This document shows positions 40,643 through 50,860 of a DNA stretch of 64,000 nucleotides, piece by piece. The notes below the pieces were generated by a model. The model saw only the letters and a program-made list of their open reading frames with translations, was not told the DNA's origin and made no database searches. Within the stretch, counting starts at the first letter, position 1; every line of letters starts with the position of its first letter. Location: assembly GCA_964291295.2 (NCBI GenBank), contig OZ219754.1, positions 1,440,001-1,504,000 of the forward strand. The letters are read 5' to 3'. A program made the position numbers and the translations under genes. Source of the stretch: an uncultured Candidatus Binatia bacterium (lineage in GTDB: Bacteria > Desulfobacterota > Binatia > UBA9968 > JAJDTQ01).

Positions 40643-41353
40643 ATGAGCACACCCCGTGAAGTCCTGATCCTCCACACCTCCGACCTGCATCTGGGCGAGG
40701 ACGGCGTTCCGGGCGGCGACGCGTCCGGCAACGTGCCGGTCCTCCAGCAGGTTCTTTCCACGGCCCGCACCGAGCAGGCCGACCTGGTCATCCTGGCCGG
40801 GGACACCTTCGACCACAACCGCCAGGGCGCCGGGCTCCTCAAGGACGTCTCGGAAGTCATGACGGACGCCGGTCTTCCCATCGTCATCCTGCCCGGCAAC
40901 CACGATCCGCTGACGCCGGACTCGGTCTACCGCAGGGCCGAATTCGCCAGCGCCGGCAACGTGCGGGTGCTGGGCCTCACCGCGGAACGGGGCGACTTTC
41001 CCGAACTCGACCTGGAGATCTGGGGCCGGCCCCATGTGGACTATCTGGACATGAAGCCGCTCCCCGAGCCTCCGGAACGGCGCACCCGCTGGCAGTTGGC
41101 CGTGGCCCACGGCCACTACGTCGAGGCCGCGCCCGGCTCGGCCGTGCTGCTGGGGTCGTGGCTGATCCGCCAGGAGAACCTCACCCGCAGCGGCGCCGAC
41201 TACGTGGCCCTGGGCCACTGGAACCGGGCCGTGCGGGTGGGCGATCCACGGATACCCGCCTACTACTCCGGCTCGCCGAGCTACGCCGGCACCGTCAACG
41301 CCATCCGGCTGCAGGGGGACGGCCGCGTGGTGGTGACGCAGATCCCGGTGTGA
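40643..41353 (+). CDS. Calcineurin-like metallophosphoesterase (SbcD/Mre11-like core)
   Basis: HTSDLH, AGD.FD, PGNHD, AHG, YVALGHW and YSGSP motifs. Confidence 0.82.
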   Translation: MSTPREVLILHTSDLHLGEDGVPGGDASGNVPVLQQVLSTARTEQADLVILAGDTFDHNRQGAGLLKDVSEVMTDAGLPIVILPGNHDPLTPDSVYRRAEFASAGNVRVLGLTAERGDFPELDLEIWGRPHVDYLDMKPLPEPPERRTRWQLAVAHGHYVEAAPGSAVLLGSWLIRQENLTRSGADYVALGHWNRAVRVGDPRIPAYYSGSPSYAGTVNAIRLQGDGRVVVTQIPV

Positions 41354-41466
41354 CCGGAACCGCGCCGGTTGGCCGTCGTTTCGCTCCGAAGCGTGCCGCC
41401 GCACCCGTCATTCCGGACCGGTCCGGGTAGGGGGTGACGGCTGCGCGGCGGATCGGCCGCGGTGTT

Positions 41467-42462
41467 TCAGTGATGGTGCGGGCGCTTGCGCTGGAGCCCG
41501 CCGTGACCCATGCGCAGGATCTCCTCGCGCGTCACCCGGGTTCCGGACAGGAGCTTGGGCAGCATGAAGTCGAAGGCGGTGACCGGGTCGTGGAGGACGC
41601 ATCCGGACAGGCCCAGGACCGGTATGTCTCCCAGGTAGCTCATCAGGAACATCGAGCCGGGCAGCACCGGGAAGCCGTGCGAGACGACATGGGCGCCGCT
41701 GCGGCGGATGCCTTCGGGGGTGAGGTCGTCCGGGTCCACGGACATGCCGCCGCTTACCAGGATGATCTCCGCGCCCCGGGCCGCGAAGTCCTTGATGTGG
41801 CCGGCGATGACGTCGGGGTCGTCGGGGGCCAGGGTGGCCGGCTCCAGGGTCGAGCCCATGGCCTCCACCTTCCTGCGCACCGCGGGCTCGAAGCCGTCCT
41901 TGATCCGGCCGGTGAACACCTCGCTGCCGGTCACCAGCAAAAAGACCTTGCGCGCGGGCACGGCGGCCACCGAGACGATGGATCCGCTCCGGCACAGGGC
42001 TTCCGCCCGCCCCACCCGCGCTTCCTCCACCACCACCGGGATGGTGCGGGTGCCACCCACCACCGTACCTTCCCGGACAAACTCTCCGGAGGGAAGCGTG
42101 GCGAGGATCAGGTCTCCCAGTTCGTTGAAGCGGAACAGCCGCTCCTCGTCCACCTCCAGCACGCCGTCCCGCTCCGCCACCAGGTTGACCCGGCCCTCGC
42201 TCGGATCGGTGAGCGTCAGCCCGGTGCCCGCGGCCGCCCGGGCCAGCCGCCTGGCGGCATCCTCCTCGTGCAGTTCGTCCGCCGCCAGCTCCATGATGTA
42301 GATGTGGGCCTTGCCCACGTCCAGCAGCCGGGGCACGTCCTCCTCGGCGATACGATGGCCGCGCCTGAACCGGGGCCCCTTGTGGCCGCCGGGAATGATC
42401 TCGGTGATGTCGTGAGCCAGCCGCAAACCCACCGCCTCTTCAACCGGAATGACCTTGAGCAT
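41467..42462 (-). CDS. Molybdopterin-binding domain protein (MoeA-like)
   Basis: AVG..LAHDITEI, LHEEDAA, TGSEV, SGGMSVDPDD.TP and PVLPGSM motifs. Confidence 0.8.
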   Translation of the reverse strand: MLKVIPVEEAVGLRLAHDITEIIPGGHKGPRFRRGHRIAEEDVPRLLDVGKAHIYIMELAADELHEEDAARRLARAAAGTGLTLTDPSEGRVNLVAERDGVLEVDEERLFRFNELGDLILATLPSGEFVREGTVVGGTRTIPVVVEEARVGRAEALCRSGSIVSVAAVPARKVFLLVTGSEVFTGRIKDGFEPAVRRKVEAMGSTLEPATLAPDDPDVIAGHIKDFAARGAEIILVSGGMSVDPDDLTPEGIRRSGAHVVSHGFPVLPGSMFLMSYLGDIPVLGLSGCVLHDPVTAFDFMLPKLLSGTRVTREEILRMGHGGLQRKRPHHH

Positions 42463-42482
42463 CCGTCGTCTCTCCCGGGAAT

Positions 42483-43568
42483 CTAGTCCCGTATGTTCTG
42501 GGTGAACCACTCCCTGGGGATCTCCCGGCCCATACCGAGCTCCCGCGCCTTCCGCACCACATACCCGGCCACGGAGGCGAACTGGAGTCCCTGGGTGCCG
42601 TCGTTCAGGAACAGGGTCACGTCCGAATCCTTGCGCCGACCCTGGGCCGCACCGTCCATCAGATCCGTCAGCAGGGGGTGCCGCCCGGCGAAGAGGTCGA
42701 CGCCGGGATTGACCACGCGCGCGGTCTCCTCGTCGGTGCCGGCGACATAGGAAGCGTATCCGGCGATGCGCCGCATGCCCTGGTCCAGGGTGCCGATGGT
42801 ACCGCGCCCGAGCTTCACGATGACGTCGCAGCGGTGGAGGATGCCGGGTTCCCATTCGTTGCCGCGGACGCAGGTGACGAAGGCGCCGTCCTCCACCCAG
42901 CCGGAGTCTTCCACCACCACCCGGACCGAGTCGGTACAGGTGGCCACCATGTCCGAGCCCCGTACCACCTCTTCCACGCCTTCATGCGCCGTCACCGGGA
43001 CGCCGAGCCGCGCGCTCATCCGGCGCGCGTAGGCCTCGCGGTTGGCCGGGGTGGGACTGTAGACCTTGACTTCCCGGAGCCTGCGGACCTCGGCGAAGGC
43101 CCGCAGGTAGGTTTCGGCCATGCCGCCGGAGCCGAGCATGCCCACCACCGAGGCCGCCTCCCGGGCCAGGTACCGGGCCGCCAGTCCGGCGCAGGCGCCC
43201 ACTCGCATGTGCTGGATGACGCCGTCGTTGATGATGGCCAGCGGCTCGGCGTTCCGCGCCGAGAACACCAGCACCAGCCCGCAGTAGGTGCCGGGCTCCA
43301 TGCAGTATTTCTCCACCGTGCGGCCTTCCGGCCATTCGAGCATGTCGGACTTCATGCGAATGGCGAACACGCCGAAGGAGCGGGAGGCGCCCTCCATGGT
43401 CCCCCACCGGTACATGCGCCCGGGGTCGTCCTGGGGCACGTAGAGGTCGATGCGCGGCCGGTACACCGCACGTTCCGCCAGCAGGTCGTGGTAGCCCGTC
43501 TCCAGGGCGTCGATGCACCCCTTCATGTCGAGGATTTCCGCTACGGTTTCATTGTTGATGAGCAGCAT
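42483..43568 (-). CDS. Ornithine cyclodeaminase/mu-crystallin family protein (second paralog)
   Basis: HMRVGA, LGSGGMA, DMVATCT and QGLQFA motifs. Confidence 0.82.
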   Translation of the reverse strand: MLLINNETVAEILDMKGCIDALETGYHDLLAERAVYRPRIDLYVPQDDPGRMYRWGTMEGASRSFGVFAIRMKSDMLEWPEGRTVEKYCMEPGTYCGLVLVFSARNAEPLAIINDGVIQHMRVGACAGLAARYLAREAASVVGMLGSGGMAETYLRAFAEVRRLREVKVYSPTPANREAYARRMSARLGVPVTAHEGVEEVVRGSDMVATCTDSVRVVVEDSGWVEDGAFVTCVRGNEWEPGILHRCDVIVKLGRGTIGTLDQGMRRIAGYASYVAGTDEETARVVNPGVDLFAGRHPLLTDLMDGAAQGRRKDSDVTLFLNDGTQGLQFASVAGYVVRKARELGMGREIPREWFTQNIRD

Positions 43569-43709
43569 GGGATCGTCCAGGTGAGGGGCCGCGAAGGGTT
43601 GAAGCGCAACAGGGTCGAATCGTGACGGACTGAATCGTGACGGGTCAAACCTTGAATGGGTGAACCGTTGGTGCGGGAGGTGGGCGCGTGGCAGGTCGGC
43701 GACGGTGCG

Positions 43710-44729
43710 TCATCCCCCCAGTGTGATCATCTCGATCTTGTGGTGCCGTTGCGGGTCGTAGCCGCCGGGCGATCGGATGGCGTTCAGCCGCTCGGCCGAG
43801 AACCGGTCGGTGCGGCCGCTCCAGATGTCCTCCATCCACCGGCGGATCTCGTCGTCGCCGGCGCCGCTCCGCAGCCGCGCCTTGAGGTCGTGGCCGGTGC
43901 GGGAAAAGAGGCAGGTGACCAGCCGTCCGTCGGCGGTCAGGCGGCCCCGGCTGCAAGTGTCGCAGAACGGTTCGGTCACGGACGCCACGATGCCCACCGT
44001 CCCCTTGCCGTCGCGGAATGCGTAGTCCACGGCCGGGGCGTTGCCGCCGTCCCTGCCCACCGGTTCCAGCGTGAAGCGCGCCTGGAGCCGCTCCAGGATG
44101 TCCTTCTTCGTCACCGTCCGTTCCAGGCGCCAGGCGTTGGCCGTTCCCACGTCCATGTACTCGATGAAGCGGATCACGAAACCGTGTTGGCGTCCAAAGG
44201 CCGCGAGGTCGAGGATGTCGTCCTCGTTGACGCCGCGTTCGATGACCGCATTGATCTTGATCGGCTTCAGGCCGGCGTCCCGGGCTGCGAAGAGTCCCTT
44301 CAGGACGCCGCCCAGGTCGCCGCGTCCGGTCACGCGCCTGAAGCGCTCCGGGTCGAGGCTGTCGATGCTCACGTTGATTCGCTTGAGGCCGGCGTCCCGC
44401 AAGGCCCGGGCCATGCCGCTCAGCCGCGAGCCGTTGGTGGTGAGCGCGATGTCCTCGATGCCGTGGATGCGGGCGAGTTGGCGCACCAAGTCCGGGAGGT
44501 CGCGCCGCAGCAACGGCTCACCCCCGGTCAAGCGGATCTTCCGCACGCCCAGGGGCACCGCCAGCCGCACCACCCGGCAGATCTCCTCGTAGGTCAGGAT
44601 CTCCTTCTTGTCGATCCAGTCGTAGTGGTCGAAGGGCATGCAGTAGGCGCAGCGGAAGTTGCACCGGTCCGTCACGGAGATTCGCAGATCCTGCAGGGGG
44701 CGCTGTAATCGGTCGGTCCACACGACCAA
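43710..44729 (-). CDS. moaA: GTP 3',8-cyclase MoaA
   Basis: LRISVTDRCNFRCAYC, TGGEPL, FIEYM, FCDTC.R.R...CL and C-terminal GG. Confidence 0.94.
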   Translation of the reverse strand: MVVWTDRLQRPLQDLRISVTDRCNFRCAYCMPFDHYDWIDKKEILTYEEICRVVRLAVPLGVRKIRLTGGEPLLRRDLPDLVRQLARIHGIEDIALTTNGSRLSGMARALRDAGLKRINVSIDSLDPERFRRVTGRGDLGGVLKGLFAARDAGLKPIKINAVIERGVNEDDILDLAAFGRQHGFVIRFIEYMDVGTANAWRLERTVTKKDILERLQARFTLEPVGRDGGNAPAVDYAFRDGKGTVGIVASVTEPFCDTCSRGRLTADGRLVTCLFSRTGHDLKARLRSGAGDDEIRRWMEDIWSGRTDRFSAERLNAIRSPGGYDPQRHHKIEMITLGG

Positions 44730-44778
44730 ACAATATGGAACCCGCCGGCAACCAAGTCAAGGAGCGGGGAACGGCAGC

Positions 44779-44807
44779 TTGACGGATGGCGTTCCAGGCG
44801 GAATAAT
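44779..44807 (+). promoter_or_regulatory. sigma70-type promoter upstream of the repeat and isochorismatase gene
   Basis: TTGACG, 17 nt, AATAAT. Confidence 0.5.
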
Positions 44808-44841
44808 CGCCGGAATACTACACACGACCGGGGAGGCGGCG

Positions 44842-44967
44842 CCGCGAAAAGTGGTGCCGCGACCGCGAAAAGTGGTGCCGCGAAAAGTGGTGCCGCGACA
44901 AGTGGTGCCGCGACAAGTGGTGCCGCGAAAAGTCGTGCCGAGAAAAGTCGTGCCGCGACACGTTGTC
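44842..44967. repeat. 8 x 15-nt tandem repeat CCGCGA(A/C)AAGT(G/C)GTG plus one 6-nt partial unit
   Basis: Units at 44842, 44863, 44878, 44893, 44908, 44923, 44938 and 44953; partial CCGCGA at 44857. Confidence 0.93.
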
Positions 44968-45003
44968 CCGCCTCCCCGGCGCATTTCCCGGAGGGAACCG
45001 CCT

Positions 45004-45723
45004 ATGGCCCATTCATGGGACGATATTCTGACCGACCGCGACAAGGAAGTGTTCGCGCTGTCCGGCTACGGCGCCAGGGCCGGATTCGGCCAGCGGCCCG
45101 CGGTGCTGGTCATCGATGTCAATTACAACTTCGTCGGCGACCGCCGGGAGCCGATCCTGGAATCGGTCAAGCGCTTTCGCAACAGTTGCGGCGAGGAGGG
45201 GTGGGTCGGCGTGGACCACATCGCCAGGCTGCTGGAAGACGCCAGAAAGAAGCACCTGCCGATCTTTTTCACCACCGGCCACGGCGAGGAGGAATCCGTC
45301 GCCTTCGGCCGCTGGCATGGCAAGAATTCCCGCGGCGGCGAGGATTTCGACGAGCTGGCGAAGAAGGGCAACGAGATCGTCGCCGAGATCGCTCCCCGCA
45401 AGGGCGAGGTGGTGGTGCGCAAGCAGAAGCCCAGCGCCTTCTTCGGGACCCCGCTCATGAGTATGCTGAACGAGGTGCACGCCGATACCGTGCTGGTGAC
45501 CGGCACCACCACCAGCGGTTGCGTCCGGGCTTCGGTCATCGACGCGTTCTCGTACAACTACACCGTTGCGGTGGTCGAGGAGTGCACTTTCGACCGGGGC
45601 CAGTCGTCCCACAAGATCAACCTCTTCGACATGAACATGAAGTACGCCGACGTGGTGTCGCTGGACGAAACCCTGGACTATATCCGGAGCCTGCCCGACA
45701 ACCTCTACGCTCCGGCGCTGTAG
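45004..45723 (+). CDS. Isochorismatase-family cysteine hydrolase
   Basis: D-K-C triad (VID, KQKPSAFFGT, TTSGCVRAS); GGAGG RBS. Confidence 0.87.
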   Translation: MAHSWDDILTDRDKEVFALSGYGARAGFGQRPAVLVIDVNYNFVGDRREPILESVKRFRNSCGEEGWVGVDHIARLLEDARKKHLPIFFTTGHGEEESVAFGRWHGKNSRGGEDFDELAKKGNEIVAEIAPRKGEVVVRKQKPSAFFGTPLMSMLNEVHADTVLVTGTTTSGCVRASVIDAFSYNYTVAVVEECTFDRGQSSHKINLFDMNMKYADVVSLDETLDYIRSLPDNLYAPAL

Positions 45724-45775
45724 CGTCGGGTTCCGACCCGCCCGGCCCCGGCGCGGCCGGAAGCGGGTGCGGCTC

Positions 45776-46693
45776 ATGGACGAATTCTCACGGCGAATCC
45801 GCGGTTTCGGAGACTACCTGCGGGATCAGGCGCGGTTCTCTCCCAATTCGGTCAAGGGCTACCTGACGGATGTGGAAGGCTTCCGCCGGTATCTGGAAGA
45901 CAACGGATTCGACCTGGATGCCCCCGGGAACCGGGCGTTCCAGTCGGTGGACACGCCCTGGATCCGGGGCTACCTGAAGACCCTGCACCAGACCTGCAAG
46001 AAGAGCAGCATCGGCCGGAAGCTCGCGGCCCTGAAGGGGTTTTTTCGCTATCTGCTGCGCGAAGGGGTGGTCGTCCGGGATCCGTTGGCCGGTTTCTCGA
46101 CCCCCCGGCAGGAGGTCCCGCTGGTGACCTTCCTTTCCGTCGACGAGGCGTTCCGGGTGCTGGGCTGCCTGCCGGAAGAAGGGATCTTCCCGGCCCGGGA
46201 CCGTGCGGTGATGGAGGTGCTCTATTCGTCCGGGGTTCGGGTCAGCGAGCTGGTGGGCGTGGACTGGCGCGACGTGGACTTCTCGCTGGGGGTGCTCAAG
46301 GTCTTCGGCAAGGGGTCCAGGGAGCGCATCGTCCCGGTGGGGGAGGTGGCGCTGGCGGCGCTGCGGGACTGGGCCGTGCACCAGCGCGGCCATTGGGGGC
46401 GCGAGGCCCGGGGCGCGGAGCCCGTCTTCCTGAACCGTTTCGGCGCCCGCATCACCACCCGGAGCGTGGCCCGGATCGTGGAGAAGTACCTGCGCCTCGC
46501 CGGCATCCCGGTGCGCATGGGCCCCCACGGCCTGCGCCACACGTTCGCCACCCATCTGCTGAACGCCGGCGCGGACCTGCGCTCGATCCAGGAACTTCTG
46601 GGCCATGTCAGCCTGTCCACCACCCAGCGCTACACCCACGTCAATCTCGACCAGCTGACCGCCGTCTACGACCGCGCCCATCCCAGGGCCTGA
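45776..46693 (+). CDS. xerC: Tyrosine recombinase XerC
   Basis: RD.A..E.LYSSG.RVSEL, GKG..ER.VP, HGLRHTFATH and LGH..LSTTQRY motifs; upstream of hslVU. Confidence 0.88.
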   Translation: MDEFSRRIRGFGDYLRDQARFSPNSVKGYLTDVEGFRRYLEDNGFDLDAPGNRAFQSVDTPWIRGYLKTLHQTCKKSSIGRKLAALKGFFRYLLREGVVVRDPLAGFSTPRQEVPLVTFLSVDEAFRVLGCLPEEGIFPARDRAVMEVLYSSGVRVSELVGVDWRDVDFSLGVLKVFGKGSRERIVPVGEVALAALRDWAVHQRGHWGREARGAEPVFLNRFGARITTRSVARIVEKYLRLAGIPVRMGPHGLRHTFATHLLNAGADLRSIQELLGHVSLSTTQRYTHVNLDQLTAVYDRAHPRA

Positions 46694-46753
46694 AGCGGCC
46701 GCCGGGAGCGCGGGGGCCTGCCAAGTCCCCGGTTTCATGTTAGAGTCTCAAGG

Positions 46754-47284
46754 ATGTTTCACGGCACCACCATCCTTGCGGTGCGGCACGGGGGCCGGAT
46801 CGTGGTGGCGGGCGACGGCCAGGTAAGCCTCGGCGACACGGCGCTGAAGCACACCGCCCGCAAGGTCCGCAAGCTCTATGGCGACCGCGTGATCGCGGGG
46901 TTCGCCGGCGCCACCGCGGACGCGTTCACGCTGTTCGAGAAATTCGAGAACAAGCTTGAGCAGCACGGCGGCGTGTTCCGGCGCGCCGCCGTGGAGTTGG
47001 CCAAGGAATGGCGCACCGACCGGGTGCTCCGGCGGCTGGAGGCCTTGATGATCGTGGCCGATGTCGAGGATTCCCTGGTGGTGTCGGGCAATGGCGACGT
47101 GGTGGAGCCCGACGACGGCGTGATCGCCATCGGCTCCGGCGGGAACTATGCGCTTGCGGCCGCGCGCGCTTTGGTTCATCATAGCCCGCTTGATGCCCGC
47201 GCCATCGCCGAGGAGGCCATGAGGGTGGCCGCGGCGATCTGCGTCTATACGAACGACCATCTGACCATCGAGGAGTTGCCCTGA
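46754..47284 (+). CDS. hslV: ATP-dependent protease peptidase subunit
   Basis: [19 protein letters not shown] and IGSGG motifs. Confidence 0.95.
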   Translation: MFHGTTILAVRHGGRIVVAGDGQVSLGDTALKHTARKVRKLYGDRVIAGFAGATADAFTLFEKFENKLEQHGGVFRRAAVELAKEWRTDRVLRRLEALMIVADVEDSLVVSGNGDVVEPDDGVIAIGSGGNYALAAARALVHHSPLDARAIAEEAMRVAAAICVYTNDHLTIEELP

Positions 47285-47350
47285 TTCCGGCCCGGCCTGG
47301 ACCTTTGCGGCCCGGCGTGCGCGGGACACGGATTTCTCAAGACCGATCCC

Positions 47351-48742
47351 ATGAAGGATGAAAGCCGACAGACCAGCGTCCAGGTGTTGAACGGACCGTC
47401 GTTGACGCCGGTCATGACGCCGCGCGAGATCGTTTCGGAGCTGGACCGCTACATCGTGGGTCAGCGCGACGCCAAGCGGGCGGTGGCCGTGGCCGTGCGC
47501 AACCGGTGGCGGCGCCAGCTGGTGCCCGAGGATCTGCGGGACGAGATCGCCCCGAAGAACATCATCATGATCGGCCCCACCGGTGTGGGAAAGACCGAGA
47601 TCTCCCGGCGGCTGGCCAGGCTGGCGCAGGCGCCGTTCATCAAGGTGGAGGCCTCGAAGTTCACCGAGGTGGGGTACGTCGGCAGGGACGTGGAGTCCAT
47701 CATCCGGGATCTCATGGATCTGGCCGTCAAGATGGTCCGGGAGGAGGAACAGGAAAAGGTCCAGGTCAAGGCGAGGGATCTGGCGGAAGAACGGGTCCTG
47801 GATCTGCTGTTGCCGGAACCGGCGGCCCCGGAAAACGGCGACGGCGAGGTGGAGCGGCCGTCGCCCGCCACCCGGGAAAAGCTCCGGACGATGCTTCGGG
47901 CGGGGAAGCTCGACCAACGCGACGTCGATGTCGAGTTGACCCAGAGCATGACGCCGACCATCGAGGTGCTCACCCCGCAGGGGATGGAGGAGATGGAGTC
48001 GAACCTCAAGGAGATGTTCTCCCATCTGCTTCCCCGCCAGTCCAGGAGAAAGACGGTGAAGATTCCCGAGGCCATGAAGCTGCTCGCCCAGGAGGAAGCG
48101 GCCCGGCTCGTGGACATGGACCGGGTGGTGGGCGAGGCCACGAGACGGGTGGAACAGTCCGGGATCGTTTTCATCGACGAGATCGACAAGATCGCCGGGC
48201 GGGAATCCGTCCACGGGCCCGACGTGTCCCGGGAAGGGGTCCAGCGGGATCTGCTGCCCCTTGTGGAAGGCTCGACGGTGAGTTCGAAGTACGGGCTGGT
48301 GCGAACCGATCACATTCTCTTCATCGCCTCCGGCGCCTTTCACAACTCCAGGCCGTCGGACCTGATCCCGGAGTTCCAGGGCCGTTTCCCCATTCGTGTC
48401 GAGTTGAGTTCGCTGGACAAGAACGACTTCGTGCGCATCCTCACCGAGCCCCGGAACGCGCTGATACGCCAGTACGTGGCGTTGCTGGAGACCGAGAAGA
48501 TCCGCCTGCGGTTCCAGCAGGACGCCATCGAGGAGGTGGCGCGCATCAGCGCCGAGGCCAACGAGAAGATGGAGAACATCGGCGCCCGCCGGCTCCACAC
48601 GATCCTCGAGAAGCTCCTGGACGAGGTCTCCTTCACCGCCCCGGAGTTGTCCGGCCGGGAGGTCCGTATCGACGCGGCGTACGTCAACGAACGTCTGGAC
48701 GCCATCCTGAAGGACCAGGACCTGTCCCGGTACATTCTATAG
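47351..48742 (+). CDS. hslU: ATP-dependent protease ATPase subunit
   Basis: [24 protein letters not shown] and NIGARRL motifs; alternative start 47414. Confidence 0.96.
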   Translation: MKDESRQTSVQVLNGPSLTPVMTPREIVSELDRYIVGQRDAKRAVAVAVRNRWRRQLVPEDLRDEIAPKNIIMIGPTGVGKTEISRRLARLAQAPFIKVEASKFTEVGYVGRDVESIIRDLMDLAVKMVREEEQEKVQVKARDLAEERVLDLLLPEPAAPENGDGEVERPSPATREKLRTMLRAGKLDQRDVDVELTQSMTPTIEVLTPQGMEEMESNLKEMFSHLLPRQSRRKTVKIPEAMKLLAQEEAARLVDMDRVVGEATRRVEQSGIVFIDEIDKIAGRESVHGPDVSREGVQRDLLPLVEGSTVSSKYGLVRTDHILFIASGAFHNSRPSDLIPEFQGRFPIRVELSSLDKNDFVRILTEPRNALIRQYVALLETEKIRLRFQQDAIEEVARISAEANEKMENIGARRLHTILEKLLDEVSFTAPELSGREVRIDAAYVNERLDAILKDQDLSRYIL

Positions 48743-48766
48743 CACCCCGCCCCGGAGCAGCCTGAA

Positions 48767-49660
48767 GTGGATGATTTCATAGGCAAGGCGGAAGTCCTGC
48801 TGGAAGCGCTGCCGTTCATCAAGCGCTTTTTCGGCAAGACGTTCGTGGTGAAGTACGGCGGCGCGGCCATGGTGGACGCGCAGCTCAAGCAGAGCTTCGC
48901 CCAGGACATCGTGCTGCTCAAGTACGTGGGCATCAATGTGGTGGTGGTCCACGGCGGCGGCCCCCAGATCAACCAGACCCTGGGCAGGATGGGCATCGAG
49001 AGCCGCTATGTGCGGGGCATGCGGGTCACCGACTCGGAGACCCTCGACATCATCGAGATGGTGCTGGTGGGCAAGGTCAACAAGGAGATCGTCGCCCTCA
49101 TCAACCAGCACGGCGGCGCCGCGGTGGGCCTCAGCGGCAAGGACGGCGAGCTTGTCCTGGCGCGCAAGATGAACGTGACGGTGCCGGGCGACGGCGAGAG
49201 CACCGAGATCATCGACATCGGCATGGTGGGGGAGGTGGTCCGGGTCGACCCCACGGTGATCCGCTCCCTGGACGGCAACCGGTTCATCCCGGTCATCGCG
49301 CCGGTGGGCGTGGGCGAGACGGGCGAGACCTACAACATCAACGCCGATCTGGTGGCGGGACGGGTGGCCGCCGCCCTGGGTGCGGAAAAGCTCATCCTGC
49401 TCACCGACGTGGAAGGGGTGCGGGACCGGGACGGCGGGCTGATCCGCACCCTCACCGTCTCCGAGGCGGCGGCGCTCATCAACGGAGACGTGGTCTCTTC
49501 CGGCATGATCCCCAAGGTCGAGTGCTGTGTGGAGGCCCTGAACGACGGCGTGGTCAAGACCCACATCCTCGACGGCCGGGACCGGCACGCCGTGCTGCTG
49601 GAGATCTTCACCAACCAGGGCGTCGGCACCGAAGTGATACGGGATCCGCAGGGCGGCTGA
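48767..49660 (+). CDS. argB: Acetylglutamate kinase
   Basis: [18 protein letters not shown] and GMIPK motifs. Confidence 0.95.
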   Translation: MDDFIGKAEVLLEALPFIKRFFGKTFVVKYGGAAMVDAQLKQSFAQDIVLLKYVGINVVVVHGGGPQINQTLGRMGIESRYVRGMRVTDSETLDIIEMVLVGKVNKEIVALINQHGGAAVGLSGKDGELVLARKMNVTVPGDGESTEIIDIGMVGEVVRVDPTVIRSLDGNRFIPVIAPVGVGETGETYNINADLVAGRVAAALGAEKLILLTDVEGVRDRDGGLIRTLTVSEAAALINGDVVSSGMIPKVECCVEALNDGVVKTHILDGRDRHAVLLEIFTNQGVGTEVIRDPQGG

Positions 49661-49663
49661 GCC

Positions 49664-50860
49664 ATGTCGAACCTTGAGGTACGGGAACGGACCGACGCAA
49701 GCGTGATGCACACCTACGCGCGCTTCCCCATCGCGCTGGTGAGGGGGGAAGGGGCGCGGGTGTGGGACGCCGACGGCAAGGAGTATCTGGACTTCGCGGC
49801 CGGCATCGCCGTCAACAGTCTCGGGCACTGCCACCCGGCGGTGGCCAAGGCCGTGTCGGAGCAGGTGCGGACCCTGATCCACGTCTCGAACCTGTACCAC
49901 ATCGAGCCTCAGGCCCGACTGGCAAAGGCGCTCTGCGACCATTCCTTCGCCGACCGGGTGTTCTTCTGCAACAGCGGCGCCGAGGCCAACGAGGCGGCCA
50001 TCAAGCTGGCCCGGCGCCACGGCGCCGAACAGGCCGGCGGGAGAAGCGAGATCCTCACCGCCCTCAACTCCTTTCACGGGCGTACCCTGGCCACCCTGAC
50101 GGCCACCGGCCAGGAGAAGATCCGGCTCGGCTACGATCCGCTGCCGGCGGGTTTCCGCCACGTCCCGTTCAACGACCTCGACGCGGCGGAGGCGGCGGTG
50201 GACGAGCGCACCGCGGCCATCCTGGTGGAGCCCATCCAGGGCGAGGGCGGCGTGGTGGTGCCGGACGTCTCCTATATCCGGGGGCTGCGGCAGCTCTGCG
50301 ACGACAAGGGCGTGCTGCTGATGTTCGACGAGGTCCAGGTGGGCATGGGCCGCACCGGCCGGCTCTTCGGCTACCAGCACTTCGGCGTCGAGCCCGACGT
50401 CATGACCTTGGCCAAGGCCCTGGGCGGCGGCCTGCCCCTGGGCGCCATGCTGGCGCGCGAAGCCGTGGCCGGGAGCTTTCCGCCGGGGTCCCACGCCTCC
50501 ACCTTCGGCGGCAACCCGGTGGTGTGCCGCGCCGGGCTGGCGGTGATGGACACCCTCCTGGAACAGGGGCTGGCGGCGCACGGCGAGGCGGTGGGCGGCC
50601 TGTTGCGGCAGGGGCTGGAGGCGCTGGCGCAACGCTTCGGCTTCATCCGCGAAGTGCGCGGCAAGGGGCTCCTGCTGGGCGTGGAGCTGGACCGCGAGTG
50701 CGCGCCGGTGGTGCGGGAGTGCATGGAGGAGGGCCTGCTGGTGGTGCCGGCAGGTCCCCGCGTGCTGCGCATGGCACCGCCGCTGATCATCGAGGCGGAG
50801 GACGTGGAAGAGGCGCTGTCCGTCCTCGAGCGGGTTCTGGAAAGGGTGTCGGAGCCATGA
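49664..50860 (+). CDS. argD: Acetylornithine aminotransferase
   Basis: NSGAEANE, FHGRT, EPIQGEGG, DEVQ and AKALGGG motifs. Confidence 0.92.
   Translation: MSNLEVRERTDASVMHTYARFPIALVRGEGARVWDADGKEYLDFAAGIAVNSLGHCHPAVAKAVSEQVRTLIHVSNLYHIEPQARLAKALCDHSFADRVFFCNSGAEANEAAIKLARRHGAEQAGGRSEILTALNSFHGRTLATLTATGQEKIRLGYDPLPAGFRHVPFNDLDAAEAAVDERTAAILVEPIQGEGGVVVPDVSYIRGLRQLCDDKGVLLMFDEVQVGMGRTGRLFGYQHFGVEPDVMTLAKALGGGLPLGAMLAREAVAGSFPPGSHASTFGGNPVVCRAGLAVMDTLLEQGLAAHGEAVGGLLRQGLEALAQRFGFIREVRGKGLLLGVELDRECAPVVRECMEEGLLVVPAGPRVLRMAPPLIIEAEDVEEALSVLERVLERVSEP

Noticed and set aside
44842-44967. CRISPR array
   Set aside because: Contiguous 15-nt units with no unique spacers, and no cas genes in the window.
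45776-46693. Phage or island integrase
   Set aside because: Size, motifs and position before hslVU fit housekeeping XerC; no att or tRNA site and no mobile cargo nearby.
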